From Candidatus Velthaea sp. (GTDB taxonomy: Bacteria; Vulcanimicrobiota; Vulcanimicrobiia; Vulcanimicrobiales; Vulcanimicrobiaceae), in assembly GCA_965214935.1 (NCBI GenBank), contig CBDCCS010000018.1, positions 320,001-384,000 of the forward strand: 64,000 nt of DNA, in the 5' to 3' direction. The notes under the pieces were generated by a model. It searched no databases. It was not told the origin of the DNA and saw only the letters and a list, made by a program, of their open reading frames with translations. Below are positions 1 through 9,579 of the stretch, one piece after another. Both the position numbers and the translations under genes were made by a program. How positions within the stretch are numbered: the stretch's first letter is position 1; each line of letters begins with the position of its first letter.

Positions 1-1
1 A

Positions 2-178
2 CGGCCGAGCGGTCAGCCGGTAACCCGTGAATTGCTGGTACCATTCAACGCCGGCGCCGTACGTCTCAACGCAGCGGCACCGGCCGGCCCGGGTGCCTTA
101 GCGCCGGCGCATGCGCCGCCCGACGCGCTCATCGTGACAGCACACGCGCAGCTTGCACCGCCGCCTTCAACACCGTAG
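2..178 (+). CDS. C-terminal fragment of a hypothetical protein (truncated by window start)
   Basis: Open frame RPSGQPVTRELLVPFNAGAVRL...PPSTP* ending TAG 176-178, convergent with the next gene. Confidence 0.4.
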   Translation, partial: RPSGQPVTRELLVPFNAGAVRLNAAAPAGPGALAPAHAPPDALIVTAHAQLAPPPSTP

Positions 179-193
179 AGCGAGCGGGACTCG

Positions 194-898
194 TCAGTGC
201 TTCGACCCGACGTATAAACCGCGCGCGAACAAATCCGAACGCTCGTTGCGAACATCGAGTCCGGCGGCCGCGAAAGCCGCGCGGTATTGCACGTCGGTAA
301 AGAGCTGCAAGGCATGCGATTCGCTAAAAGCCGAGATGCCGGCGACCTCGGCAACGAGGTACTCGTAGCGTAACACCGATGTCGTGCCGTAACGCTCGGT
401 GCGGCCGAGACGTGCGATCTTGAGTTCCGGCTGATCGACAAAAACCGCGTCGAGATGGCGGTCGTTCCATTCCTGCGGGGCTAACCACGGTTCAACGACA
501 AGAAGTCCGCCGCGTTCGACGACGTTGGCAAAGCGTGCGATCGTCGCAAACAGATCCGCTTCGTCGGCGACATAACCGATCGAGCTAAACAAACACTGCA
601 CGATTGCAAATCGTCCGTCGACGCTGAACGTCTGCATGCGTGCAACGTGTAAAGGCACGTCGGGTAAGCGTTCCCGCGCGATCGCGATCATCGCCGGTTC
701 GGCGTCGAGACCTTCAACGGCAAACTCGCTGCGCAGCAGCGACAAGTGGCGTCCGGTTCCACAGGCGACGTCTAAGAGCCGGCCGGACGCCGCGGCGACG
801 TTCCGATATGCTGCGCGCAGCCACGCGGCTTCGGCGGCGTAATCTTTACCGCGCGCGGCATAGATCGCGTCGTAGAACGCAGCGGATTTCGTGAACAT
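194..898 (-). CDS. Class I SAM-dependent methyltransferase (TylM1/DesVI-like)
   Basis: Starts MFTKSAAFYDAIY; motif I LLDVACGTGRH; CLFSSIGY; GGLLVVEPW. Confidence 0.9.
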   Translation of the reverse strand: MFTKSAAFYDAIYAARGKDYAAEAAWLRAAYRNVAAASGRLLDVACGTGRHLSLLRSEFAVEGLDAEPAMIAIARERLPDVPLHVARMQTFSVDGRFAIVQCLFSSIGYVADEADLFATIARFANVVERGGLLVVEPWLAPQEWNDRHLDAVFVDQPELKIARLGRTERYGTTSVLRYEYLVAEVAGISAFSESHALQLFTDVQYRAAFAAAGLDVRNERSDLFARGLYVGSKH

Positions 899-948
899 GC
901 CCCGTCTTTTAGCTAGTACGCTCGAATCCCATCGCGAAGCCGGCGTCG

Positions 949-2319
949 ATGGCACGCGAGCGATATGACGTTTTAGTCGTCGGCGGCGGCAATGCCGGCT
1001 GTGCTGCCGCGCTCGCCGCCGCGCGCTCGGGCGCCCGGACGTTACTCGTCGAACGCTATGGGTTTTTAGGTGGAACGGCAACCGCGGCAATGGTCGGACC
1101 GTGGATGACCTTTCATTCCGGTACCGATCGCATCGTCGGCGGCATTGCGCAAGAAATCGTCGAGCGTCTCGTAGCGCTCGGCGGCTCGCCCGGACACATC
1201 ACCGATTCATCGGATTACGTTCCGACCATCACCCCCTTCGATCCCGAAGTGCACAAAGCGCTGCTTTTCGATTTGATGCGCGAGAGTGGTGTCGATCTGT
1301 TGCTGCACGCGTATTTCATCGCAACGTTACGCGATACCGACGGCGCGGTGCGCGGCGCGCGCTTTGCAACGGTCGGCGGATTGCGCGAGGTACGTGCGCT
1401 GCGAACGATCGACACGACCGCCGATGCCTTTGTCGCTGCCGGAGCGGGGGTCGCGCTGCAAACCGGCGACGAACGCGGTAAGGTGCAGCCGGCAAGTTTG
1501 ATGTTTCGCCTGAGCCATGTGGATCTCAATGCGTTGGCGACCTATGTCCGCACGCATCCGAACGAGATGCGCACGTCGCTCAAAACGCACGAACGCACCG
1601 CCGGTGCGTTGACCGCCGTCGCCGGTTTGTACGACCTTTGGAACGCTGCTCGCGAACGTGGCGAGGTCGACGTTCCGCGTGAACTTGTCTCGTTCTTTAT
1701 TTCGCCGTATCCCGACGAAGTGACCGTGAATATGACGCGCGTAACGGACATCGATCCGCTCGATGCCGACGATCTGACCCGGGCGGAGATCGAAGCACGT
1801 TCGCAAACAATGCAACTGTTGGCGTTTTTCCGGCGTCGCGTTCCCGGTTTTGCAAATGCGAGAATTGCCGCAACGGCGACGCAGATCGGCATCCGAGAAT
1901 CGCGCCGCATCGTCGGGCTGTACACGTTGACGGCGCAAGATGTTTTGGAAGGCCGCACGTTTCCCGACGCGATCGCGCGCAGTGCCTATCCGATCGACAT
2001 CCACAATCCGTCGGGCGCCGGAACGGTCACGCAGCGGTTAGCACCCGGAGCTTCGTACGAGATTCCGTACCGGTGTCTCGTGCCGGCCGCCGTACAGGGA
2101 CTGCTCGTTGCCGGTCGCTGCATTGCAACGACGCACGAAGCGCTCGCATCGACCCGCTTGACGCCGACGGTCATGACGCTCGGACAGGCAGCCGGAACGG
2201 CGGCAAGCCTATCGCTGCGCGCGAACGTACTGCTGCGTGACGTCGACAGCCTGCAATTACGGACGCAGTTAATTGCCGACGGTGTCGATCTGCGCCGTAC
2301 GGTGACCGCCGGTGCCTGA
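949..2319 (+). CDS. FAD-dependent oxidoreductase
   Basis: DVLVVGGGNAGCAAA Rossmann motif; RESRRIVG; YEIPYRCLVP; LLVAGRC. Confidence 0.9.
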   Translation: MARERYDVLVVGGGNAGCAAALAAARSGARTLLVERYGFLGGTATAAMVGPWMTFHSGTDRIVGGIAQEIVERLVALGGSPGHITDSSDYVPTITPFDPEVHKALLFDLMRESGVDLLLHAYFIATLRDTDGAVRGARFATVGGLREVRALRTIDTTADAFVAAGAGVALQTGDERGKVQPASLMFRLSHVDLNALATYVRTHPNEMRTSLKTHERTAGALTAVAGLYDLWNAARERGEVDVPRELVSFFISPYPDEVTVNMTRVTDIDPLDADDLTRAEIEARSQTMQLLAFFRRRVPGFANARIAATATQIGIRESRRIVGLYTLTAQDVLEGRTFPDAIARSAYPIDIHNPSGAGTVTQRLAPGASYEIPYRCLVPAAVQGLLVAGRCIATTHEALASTRLTPTVMTLGQAAGTAASLSLRANVLLRDVDSLQLRTQLIADGVDLRRTVTAGA

Positions 2320-2674
2320 TCCGCAAAGCAGTGCCGCAAGCTACGGCATCGCAATCGAGCTTGCGGACTTGGGCGATTGGGGATCCGCGGCACTGTTTTC
2401 GGAGTACGACGCCGGCGGTCCGGTCATTCGCGTGAACGCACGCGCGCTCGAACGGTATCGCGAGCATTGCGGCAGCTTGAGTTCGTGCGATGTCCGTTCG
2501 TTTATCGATCTTGCCGTCGCGCACGAACTCTATCATCATCGGGAAGCGATCGGTGAGATCCCGCGGCTTTCGTCGCACCGGCTGCGCGAGGCGGCGGCCG
2601 ACGCGTATGCCCGCGCGAACGTAGCGATCGATGCGCGGCTCGCCGCGTTTGTTACCCGAGCCGCGCACCGGTGA
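2312..2674 (+). CDS. Small hypothetical protein with HExxH motif
   Basis: AVAHELYHH followed by E..AD; overlaps both neighbours as in an operon. Confidence 0.65.
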   Translation: MPDPQSSAASYGIAIELADLGDWGSAALFSEYDAGGPVIRVNARALERYREHCGSLSSCDVRSFIDLAVAHELYHHREAIGEIPRLSSHRLREAAADAYARANVAIDARLAAFVTRAAHR

Positions 2675-3606
2675 CCGACGCCGCACGCGCGCGCGCGCCC
2701 GAGTCGCGGCTGTTCTTGGGCATCGACGGCGGTCAATCGTCGACCACCGCCGTTATCATCGACGCGCACGAGTCGATCGCCGGCCGCGGTGTCGCCGGTC
2801 CGTGCGATCACATCGATGAACCGCCGGATTCGCGACGCTGTGCCGATGCCTGCGAGTCGGCGCTCGGGCGCGCATTAGCTGCCGCGAATTTGCCGCCGGA
2901 GACGGTCTTCGACGCGGTCGTCGTCGGGTTGAGCGGCTACGACGGTGAATTCCACGGCGTGCCGCCGCGTTTGAACGGTGCGCGCGTACGCTACGTGCAC
3001 GACGCGCCGATCGCATTGGCGGGTGCAGTCGACCGCCGGCCCGCCGTCGTGGTCATCGCCGGGACCGGCTCGGTCGCCTACGCCGAAGATGCCGATCGCG
3101 CGGGCATTCGCATCGGCGGTTACGGCTATCTCTTCGGCGATGAAGGCAGCAGCTTCACGCTGGCACGTAGCGCGCTGTCCGCCGCGATGGACCATGCGGA
3201 CCGCGGTACGGCAAGCCGGCTGGGCGATGCGGCGTTGGCCTATTTCGACCGTCCCGACCTGCGTTCGATCGCCCGCGCCTTTTACGTTCGCGAGATCGGC
3301 CGGCCCGAACTCGCGACGTTTGCGCGCGTCGTGCTCGATGCTGCGCGGCTCGGCGATCCCGAAGCCGGCGCGCTGGTCGACCGGGCGGCGCTTGCACTCG
3401 CGACGCTTGCCGCGACGGCGATCGAGCGGCTCAATCTTGAAAAAGCGGCCGTCCCCGTTGCCTTAACCGGCGGTTTATTCACCAATAACGAGCTCTATCG
3501 CCGTACGGTTGATAATCTAGCCGTCGTTGCGGAGAACGCGCGCGTAGTCAAACCCTTACACGAACCCGCGGTCGGTGCGGCGCGCATGGCGCTCGACGAC
3601 GCATGA
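2671..3606 (+). CDS. BadF/BadG/BcrA/BcrD-family sugar (N-acetylhexosamine) kinase
   Basis: LGIDGGQSST, VIAGTGS, GGYGYLFGDEGS motifs. Confidence 0.9.
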   Translation: MTDAARARAPESRLFLGIDGGQSSTTAVIIDAHESIAGRGVAGPCDHIDEPPDSRRCADACESALGRALAAANLPPETVFDAVVVGLSGYDGEFHGVPPRLNGARVRYVHDAPIALAGAVDRRPAVVVIAGTGSVAYAEDADRAGIRIGGYGYLFGDEGSSFTLARSALSAAMDHADRGTASRLGDAALAYFDRPDLRSIARAFYVREIGRPELATFARVVLDAARLGDPEAGALVDRAALALATLAATAIERLNLEKAAVPVALTGGLFTNNELYRRTVDNLAVVAENARVVKPLHEPAVGAARMALDDA

Positions 3607-4274
3607 ATACCGCCCGATTGCGCGGGCTCATCGTGTCGGTTCAAGCCGAAGCGGATTCACTGCTCAATACGCCGCAGACCATCGCACTGCTAGCTCGTAT
3701 CGCCGAGCAAAACGGCGCGGCCGCCGTTCGCATCGAGGGCGCGACGCGCATTGCTGCCGTGCGCGCGGCGATCGGCTTGCCGATCATCGGTATCGTCAAA
3801 CGCGTCTATCCCGGCTACGCGCCGTATATTACGGCCGGTACCCGCGAAGTTGCCGAAGCCGCGGATGCCGGCGCCGATGTTATCGCCTTCGACGCAACGC
3901 GTCGCGAGCGGCCCGACGGCAGTTCCGTCGCTTCGCTCATCCGGGCAATTGAACTGCGCGGGCTGCTTGCAATGGCGGATTGCGCGGACGCCGATGACGC
4001 ACGGTCGGCTCGTGCAGCCGGCGCCGGGATTGCTGCAACGACGTTATGCGGGTATACCGCGGCTACCCAAGGCGCCGTTCTGCCCGCTCTCGCCCTCGTT
4101 CGTACGATCGCAGGCGACGGCGGCTTTACGATTTGCGAAGGCGGCGTCGCGACGCCGGCAGATGTAAACTTTGCGTTTGCAGCGGGTGCGGACGCCGTGG
4201 TAGTTGGAACAGCGATTAGCAATATCGATGTACTGGTGCGCCGATTCGTCGGTGCCGTGCCGAAGCCGACGTAA
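3603..4274 (+). CDS. nanE: N-acetylmannosamine-6-phosphate 2-epimerase
   Basis: LIVSVQA, PIIGIVKR, YIT, IAFDAT.R.RP, TTLCGYT, VVVGTAI. Confidence 0.9.
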   Translation: MNTARLRGLIVSVQAEADSLLNTPQTIALLARIAEQNGAAAVRIEGATRIAAVRAAIGLPIIGIVKRVYPGYAPYITAGTREVAEAADAGADVIAFDATRRERPDGSSVASLIRAIELRGLLAMADCADADDARSARAAGAGIAATTLCGYTAATQGAVLPALALVRTIAGDGGFTICEGGVATPADVNFAFAAGADAVVVGTAISNIDVLVRRFVGAVPKPT

Positions 4275-4385
4275 GTCTAAGCGAATTGGCAGCTAAATGC
4301 GTACGATTCAAGTTGTGAGCGGTCGACGTTGAAACGTCCGTCGGTGAAGCACCAACGGATGGTAATCGGACGAGTGAGGTAATTC

Positions 4386-5486
4386 TTGGCACAAACCATC
4401 AAGCAAAAACCGGTTAATATGGGCCCGGGCTTTTGGATCGTCGCGGCGGTTCTCACCGTCTTGTCGATCGGCGCGGCGATATTCTGGGCGATCGTGCCGT
4501 TGCCGATGGGTGTCGAAGCTGCCGCTGATACCGCGATCCCGACCGATATTCTCTTCAAGGTGCTGGCGATCATCGGCTCGGGCCTGTTCATCAACGTTAC
4601 CGGTTTTATCGTTTATTTCGCGATTGTTTTTCGGCGTCCGAAAAACGCTCCGGCCAATACGATCGGCGTGCAAGTTCACGATGCGCCCGTACTCGAGTTC
4701 TGGTGGACGGCAATTCCCGCCATCGTTGTTTTGGGTTTAGCGATCGCCTCGGTCAATCTGCTCAATAACATTTACAACTCGGCCGGCGACGTCTTGACCA
4801 TGGAAGCGATCGGATACCAGTTCGGCTTCCAGTATCGCTATCCCAAGCTCAGCAATCCGGTTGCCGACATGCACATCCCCGTCGGCACGCCCGTTACGGT
4901 CCATGTTACTTCGCGCGACGTGATTCACGGCTTTTGGATTCCCGAAGTCCGGGTCAAACAAGACATGGTTCCGGGCCAGATAAACACCGTTCGTTTCACG
5001 CCGACCAAGATCGGCACGTATCCGATCATTTGCACCTCGTATTGCGGCATCGCGCACGGCGGAATGCATTCCGTGGTGCATGTCGATTCGCAGCAAGACT
5101 TCGCTAAGTGGTTTTCGTCGCAGCAGGGTGGCGGCGGATCTGCCAACGGCGGTGGCGGGGGCAGCGCGCAAGGTGCTGCGGTCGCCCTCAATGCCGGTGA
5201 CGTTGCCGCCGGACAGCAGCTTTTTGGGCAGAAGTGCTCGGCTTGTCATTCGCTGGGGCCGTATTCTCAGAAGCTCGTCGGCCCCGGGCTCGGGAAGCTT
5301 TTCAGCGATCCCGACCATCCGAAACTTGTCAATGGAACCGACGTTTCGCCGCAAGACATCGCGCTGATCCTGCAAAACGGTTATCAAGGCGATTTAGGTG
5401 TGATGCCGAGTTCGCAAGTCAATCAAATCAACAATAAAGATATCGCCAACCTCGTGGCGTATCTCGTCAGCCTCTCCAAGAAGTAA
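4386..5486 (+). CDS. ctaC: Cytochrome c oxidase subunit II with fused C-terminal cytochrome c (caa3 type)
   Basis: LEFWWTAIP; DVIHGFW; CuA motif CTSYCGIAHGGM; heme c motif CSACH. Confidence 0.95.
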   Translation: MAQTIKQKPVNMGPGFWIVAAVLTVLSIGAAIFWAIVPLPMGVEAAADTAIPTDILFKVLAIIGSGLFINVTGFIVYFAIVFRRPKNAPANTIGVQVHDAPVLEFWWTAIPAIVVLGLAIASVNLLNNIYNSAGDVLTMEAIGYQFGFQYRYPKLSNPVADMHIPVGTPVTVHVTSRDVIHGFWIPEVRVKQDMVPGQINTVRFTPTKIGTYPIICTSYCGIAHGGMHSVVHVDSQQDFAKWFSSQQGGGGSANGGGGGSAQGAAVALNAGDVAAGQQLFGQKCSACHSLGPYSQKLVGPGLGKLFSDPDHPKLVNGTDVSPQDIALILQNGYQGDLGVMPSSQVNQINNKDIANLVAYLVSLSKK

Positions 5487-5502
5487 CGGAGCCCGATACT
5501 AC

Positions 5503-7209
5503 ATGGCAGTCGCAACGTCGACGACCACGGTCGCGCCGCACGCGGTACTCGACCACATACATCCCGAGCCGACCAGCTTTGTCCGTAAGTATATTTTCTC
5601 GATCGATCATAAGGTCATCGGAATTCAATATATGATTACGGGACTGCTGTTCTTTGCTCTCGCCGGCTTACTTGCCGAGCTTATTCGGATCCAGCTGTTG
5701 CATAACGACGGCCGGTTCATGAATCCCGAGGTCTATAACGGCGTTTACACGATGCACGGCTCGGCGATGGTGTGGATGGTCATCATCCCGCTAGTCACCG
5801 GCGGCTTCGGTAATTTCGTCATGCCGCTGCAAATCGGCGCGCGCGACGTTGCGTTTCCCTGGCTCAATCTTTTGAGCTTTTGGATGTTTCCGATCGCCGG
5901 CGTGCTGCTTTTCGGCGCTTTCCTCGTCGGCGCGCCCGATGCCGGATGGACCGAGTATCCGCCCGTCTCGCTGCAAGGCCCGGTCGGCACGAATCTGTGG
6001 TGCATCGCGATCTTCTTGATCGGTATATCGTCGACGCTGACCGGGATCAACTTCATCGTTACGATTCTAAAAATGCGTGCGCCCGGGATGACGCTGACCC
6101 GCATGCCGCTGTTCGTTTGGGCGCAGTTATCGACTGCCGGTTTATCGATGATCGCGACCACGGCGCTCGCCGCTGCGCTGCTGGCGCTCTTTCTCGAGCG
6201 CGTCTACGGCATCCCATTCTACGATCCGACCAAGGGTGGCTCGCCGATTCTCTGGCAGCACATGTTTTGGTTCTATTCGCATCCGGCTGTCTACATTATG
6301 ATTTTGCCGGCATTCGGCATTATCTCCGAAGTGTTACCGACGTTTGCGCGCAAGCCGATCTTTGGTTACAAGATGATTGCGTTTTCATCGATTGCGATCG
6401 CACTCGTCGGGTTCATGGTCTGGGCGCACCATATGTTTACGTCCGGCCTTGCTCCATGGCTGCAACTGCCGTTCATGATCCTCACGATGATCGTGGCGAT
6501 TCCGACGGGCATCAAGATTTTTTCGTGGATGGCGACGTTATGGGGCGGTTCGATCGAACTGTCACCGGCGATGCTTTTCGCCATCGGATTTCTCATCACG
6601 TTCACGTTCGGTGGGATCACGGGCGTTTTTCTTGCCGCGATACCGGTCGATCTGCACGCTCACGGCACGTATTTCGTCGTCGGGCATTTCCACTACGTGC
6701 TTTACGGCGGCTCGGTGTTCGGAATCTTCGCCGGCTTGTACTACTGGTGGCCGAAGATCACCGGACGTATGATGAACGAAGCGGTCGGCAAGTGGCATTT
6801 CTGGGTTACGTTCCTGGCCTTTAACGGTACGTTCTTGCCGATGCATTGGCTCGGTTTACAGGGAATGCCGCGCCGCGTTGCTACCTACATCGATTCGCAC
6901 GATGCGGTATTCTGGAACGACGTTGCATCGATTGCCTCGTTTGCGCTGGCAGCTTCGACCCTGCTGCTGTTCGGTAATATGCTTTGGAGCTTGTATAAAG
7001 GCAAGCGTGCCGGCGCCAATCCGTGGGGTGCCCGTACGTTAGAATGGATGATCAGTTCGCCGCCGCCCTATTACAACTTCAAACACGTACCCGCCGTGCT
7101 TGCAACGCCGTACGATTTCGGTAATCCGTTGCCGTATATCGGCTTAGATGCAAGCGAAGGTGCAGCGGCCACGCCGCAGCGCACCGGTCAGCCGCTCGCT
7201 ACGCATTGA
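5503..7209 (+). CDS. ctaD: Cytochrome c oxidase subunit I, type A2
   Basis: DHKVIG; WFYSHPAVY (YS signature of A2); WAHHMF; HFHY; GMPRR. Confidence 0.97.
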   Translation: MAVATSTTTVAPHAVLDHIHPEPTSFVRKYIFSIDHKVIGIQYMITGLLFFALAGLLAELIRIQLLHNDGRFMNPEVYNGVYTMHGSAMVWMVIIPLVTGGFGNFVMPLQIGARDVAFPWLNLLSFWMFPIAGVLLFGAFLVGAPDAGWTEYPPVSLQGPVGTNLWCIAIFLIGISSTLTGINFIVTILKMRAPGMTLTRMPLFVWAQLSTAGLSMIATTALAAALLALFLERVYGIPFYDPTKGGSPILWQHMFWFYSHPAVYIMILPAFGIISEVLPTFARKPIFGYKMIAFSSIAIALVGFMVWAHHMFTSGLAPWLQLPFMILTMIVAIPTGIKIFSWMATLWGGSIELSPAMLFAIGFLITFTFGGITGVFLAAIPVDLHAHGTYFVVGHFHYVLYGGSVFGIFAGLYYWWPKITGRMMNEAVGKWHFWVTFLAFNGTFLPMHWLGLQGMPRRVATYIDSHDAVFWNDVASIASFALAASTLLLFGNMLWSLYKGKRAGANPWGARTLEWMISSPPPYYNFKHVPAVLATPYDFGNPLPYIGLDASEGAAATPQRTGQPLATH

Positions 7210-7271
7210 TCGAGGTGCCTTACTCGTCGTCGTGCGCCGGGTTCCTCCCGGCGCACAAATAGGAGAACTCG

Positions 7272-7910
7272 GTGTCGGTTTCCGTCGCTAAACAAGGCCA
7301 CGTGCATGGCGCGGCGGGCGGCTCGCTCGTTCACGACGAGGTGATCTATCAGGAAACGCGCGACATGCGTTTGCTGGGCTTCGCGCTGTTTTTGATTTCG
7401 GACGTCGTACTCTTCTCGTCGTTCATCTTTGCATATCTCTATCTGCGCAACACGGTCGATCAGTGGCCGCCGATCGTCGACGGGAAACAACTGCCGCGGC
7501 TCGACGTTGCTTTTGCCGCCGTCAACTCGTGCGTGTTGTTCGGCTCCGGCGTTACCATGCACTACGCGCTCGAAAATTGGAAGCATGCCAAACGCAAAGC
7601 GTTCGACATGTGGATTTGGGCCACGATCGTACTCGGGACGCTATTTCTGTGCGGACAAGCATACGAATATGCACACGCGCAAATCGGCGGTTGGAACGGC
7701 TCGATCTTCGGTGCTTCATTCTTTACGCTCACCGGCATGCACGGCTTCCACGTCTTCATCGGTGTCGTCTACTTAATCGTACTGTTCTTGCAGACGCGTC
7801 GCGGCGTTTACGATGAGACGCACTATTTCGGGTTGACGGCCGGTACGCTTTACTGGCATTTTGTCGACGTCATCTGGGTCGGCTTGTTCTTTCTATTTTA
7901 TCTCTTTTAA
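7272..7910 (+). CDS. ctaE: Cytochrome c oxidase subunit III
   Basis: FFTLTGMHGFHV; LYWHFVDVIW; AGGAG RBS before GTG. Confidence 0.93.
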   Translation: MSVSVAKQGHVHGAAGGSLVHDEVIYQETRDMRLLGFALFLISDVVLFSSFIFAYLYLRNTVDQWPPIVDGKQLPRLDVAFAAVNSCVLFGSGVTMHYALENWKHAKRKAFDMWIWATIVLGTLFLCGQAYEYAHAQIGGWNGSIFGASFFTLTGMHGFHVFIGVVYLIVLFLQTRRGVYDETHYFGLTAGTLYWHFVDVIWVGLFFLFYLF

Positions 7911-7937
7911 GCGCGCCGCCGGAGAAACGACGATCGA

Positions 7938-8144
7938 ATGGATGCCTTAGCTCTAACGGAAAAGATCTTCGCTGGTTTGGCGGCTGTGCTCATCGGTGTG
8001 TTGGCGATTATTGCGCTGCGTGCCGACTGGAAAACAACCGGCCTCGATAACAATCTGACCAAAGCGCTGCTCGGTTTGATGGCACTGGGATGTGTTCTCG
8101 TAATCGTCGCGGCATTCGGCATCTTACCGCATGGTGGTTCATAA
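7938..8144 (+). CDS. Small two-TM membrane protein in the cox operon
   Basis: 68 aa, two hydrophobic segments, GGAG RBS, directly after ctaE. Confidence 0.7.
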   Translation: MDALALTEKIFAGLAAVLIGVLAIIALRADWKTTGLDNNLTKALLGLMALGCVLVIVAAFGILPHGGS

Positions 8145-8147
8145 CAA

Positions 8148-8327
8148 ATGTATGATATCAAAGACGAACGCGGCGTTCCGGTTTCGGCCGGTATTCCGCC
8201 CATCGTCATGTGGGCAGTCGGCATCGGCGTCGCTATGATCTTCGTCATACTTGGAATGGTGATTTTCGGTAGCCCGTTCCATCATATCTGGCCGTCAATC
8301 GACACGACGCACATCCAGCTCGGCTAG
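8148..8327 (+). CDS. Small single-TM membrane protein (59 aa, below ORF-track cutoff)
   Basis: Hand translation MYDIKDERGVPVSAGIPPIVMWAVGIGVAMIFVILGMVIFGSPFHHIWPSIDTTHIQLG*; starts 3 nt after the previous stop. Confidence 0.7.
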   Translation: MYDIKDERGVPVSAGIPPIVMWAVGIGVAMIFVILGMVIFGSPFHHIWPSIDTTHIQLG

Positions 8328-8422
8328 TCTCGCAGGCGTGGCGTCGCTGAACGGCCGGCTCCGACTCGGTCCGGTTGAAAAGGCCTCGGAAGACCGGGAA
8401 GATGCTATGATCGGATGACGCG

Positions 8423-8983
8423 ATGCAGCGAGCAGCAACGGCCAGTCTGTACGAGCACGACTTCGCGCTTTGGGTCGCAGAACAAGTGAAGCTGCTGCAC
8501 GCGGCCGCCTTCGAAGGGCGCTTGCTCGATGTCGACGTTGAGAACGTAATCGAGGAGCTTGAAGGTCTGGCACGTCGCGATCGATCGAAGCTCCTGTCAC
8601 ATATCACGGTTGTCGCGCTGCATGTATTCAAGTTACAGATTCAACCGGCGACGGCAACGCGAAGCCGACTGGTGTTCAAAAACAACAGTGCCACGAAGGT
8701 GCGCAAGCTGCTGGCACAGTCGCCGTCGATGGCGAACCTCGTATCGAGTTACATCAGCGAGGCATACGTCGATGCGCGTCGTCAAGCTAGCGTCGAAACG
8801 GGTCTGCCGATTACCGACGTGCCGCCGCAGATGAGCGCTGACTTCGCACGAGCGCTCGAGCCGCGCTTACATTTGAGGATTATGGCGGCGAGGTCACGGT
8901 CTCGAAGAACGAAACAACGTGAGATGAGAAGCACACCAGCGGTTGACGTTAAGCGAAGGGGATTCGCTAATTACGGGCGTTGA
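8423..8983 (+). CDS. DUF29 family protein
   Basis: LYEHDFALW...DVENVIEELEGL..R....L...HVFK...QP...SPS..., Y.DAR.QA..ETGL. Confidence 0.85.
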   Translation: MQRAATASLYEHDFALWVAEQVKLLHAAAFEGRLLDVDVENVIEELEGLARRDRSKLLSHITVVALHVFKLQIQPATATRSRLVFKNNSATKVRKLLAQSPSMANLVSSYISEAYVDARRQASVETGLPITDVPPQMSADFARALEPRLHLRIMAARSRSRRTKQREMRSTPAVDVKRRGFANYGR

Positions 8984-9557
8984 TATCGCCGTCGGCACGA
9001 AAGTCGCGTTCGCGACTCAAGCCGCCGACTCCAAACGACGGAATGCGGCCGGGTAAAACGCCGGTCGAACGGCCGTCGATTGTGTGTATGCCGCCAAATA
9101 CGCTAAACTCACACATCGATGCACGCGTGAGCACCGGCAGCTCGATATCCCCGATCGTCGGCCATTCACATGCGACGCGTCCATCTTCGGTCATCGCGGC
9201 AATGTAGCCGTTCGAGTTTTCGTCCGACGCACAGTCGCGGCCGCGATAGCGGACGTAACCGTCGACGATGTAGATCGGTCCAAGCGTATGCATCAGCGCA
9301 CGCACCGGCGCGAGCATCACGGCGAAGGCATAGAAACCGAAGGCGAGTACGCCGAGAGCAAAGATCGGTGCAAGGACGATGATTCCCGTGTTTTTATTGA
9401 ACACCATGCCGAGGGTGAGCGCGAGAAAAACCGCGCCGCAGATGGCCGGTTCGATTGCGATCAGCAGCCGTCCAAGAAAGCCTTGGATGACGACTTTGCG
9501 TTCGGGCTTTGTCCAGCTTCGGCGAATGAGTAGCGTCTCGCGGTCGCGCGCGCTCAT
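8967..9557 (-). CDS. Hypothetical membrane protein (2 TM)
   Basis: Likely start MSARDRETLL; two hydrophobic helices then a soluble domain. Confidence 0.7.
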   Translation of the reverse strand: MSARDRETLLIRRSWTKPERKVVIQGFLGRLLIAIEPAICGAVFLALTLGMVFNKNTGIIVLAPIFALGVLAFGFYAFAVMLAPVRALMHTLGPIYIVDGYVRYRGRDCASDENSNGYIAAMTEDGRVACEWPTIGDIELPVLTRASMCEFSVFGGIHTIDGRSTGVLPGRIPSFGVGGLSRERDFRADGDINARN

Positions 9558-9579
9558 CCGGCCCGACCGGAAGCCGTGG

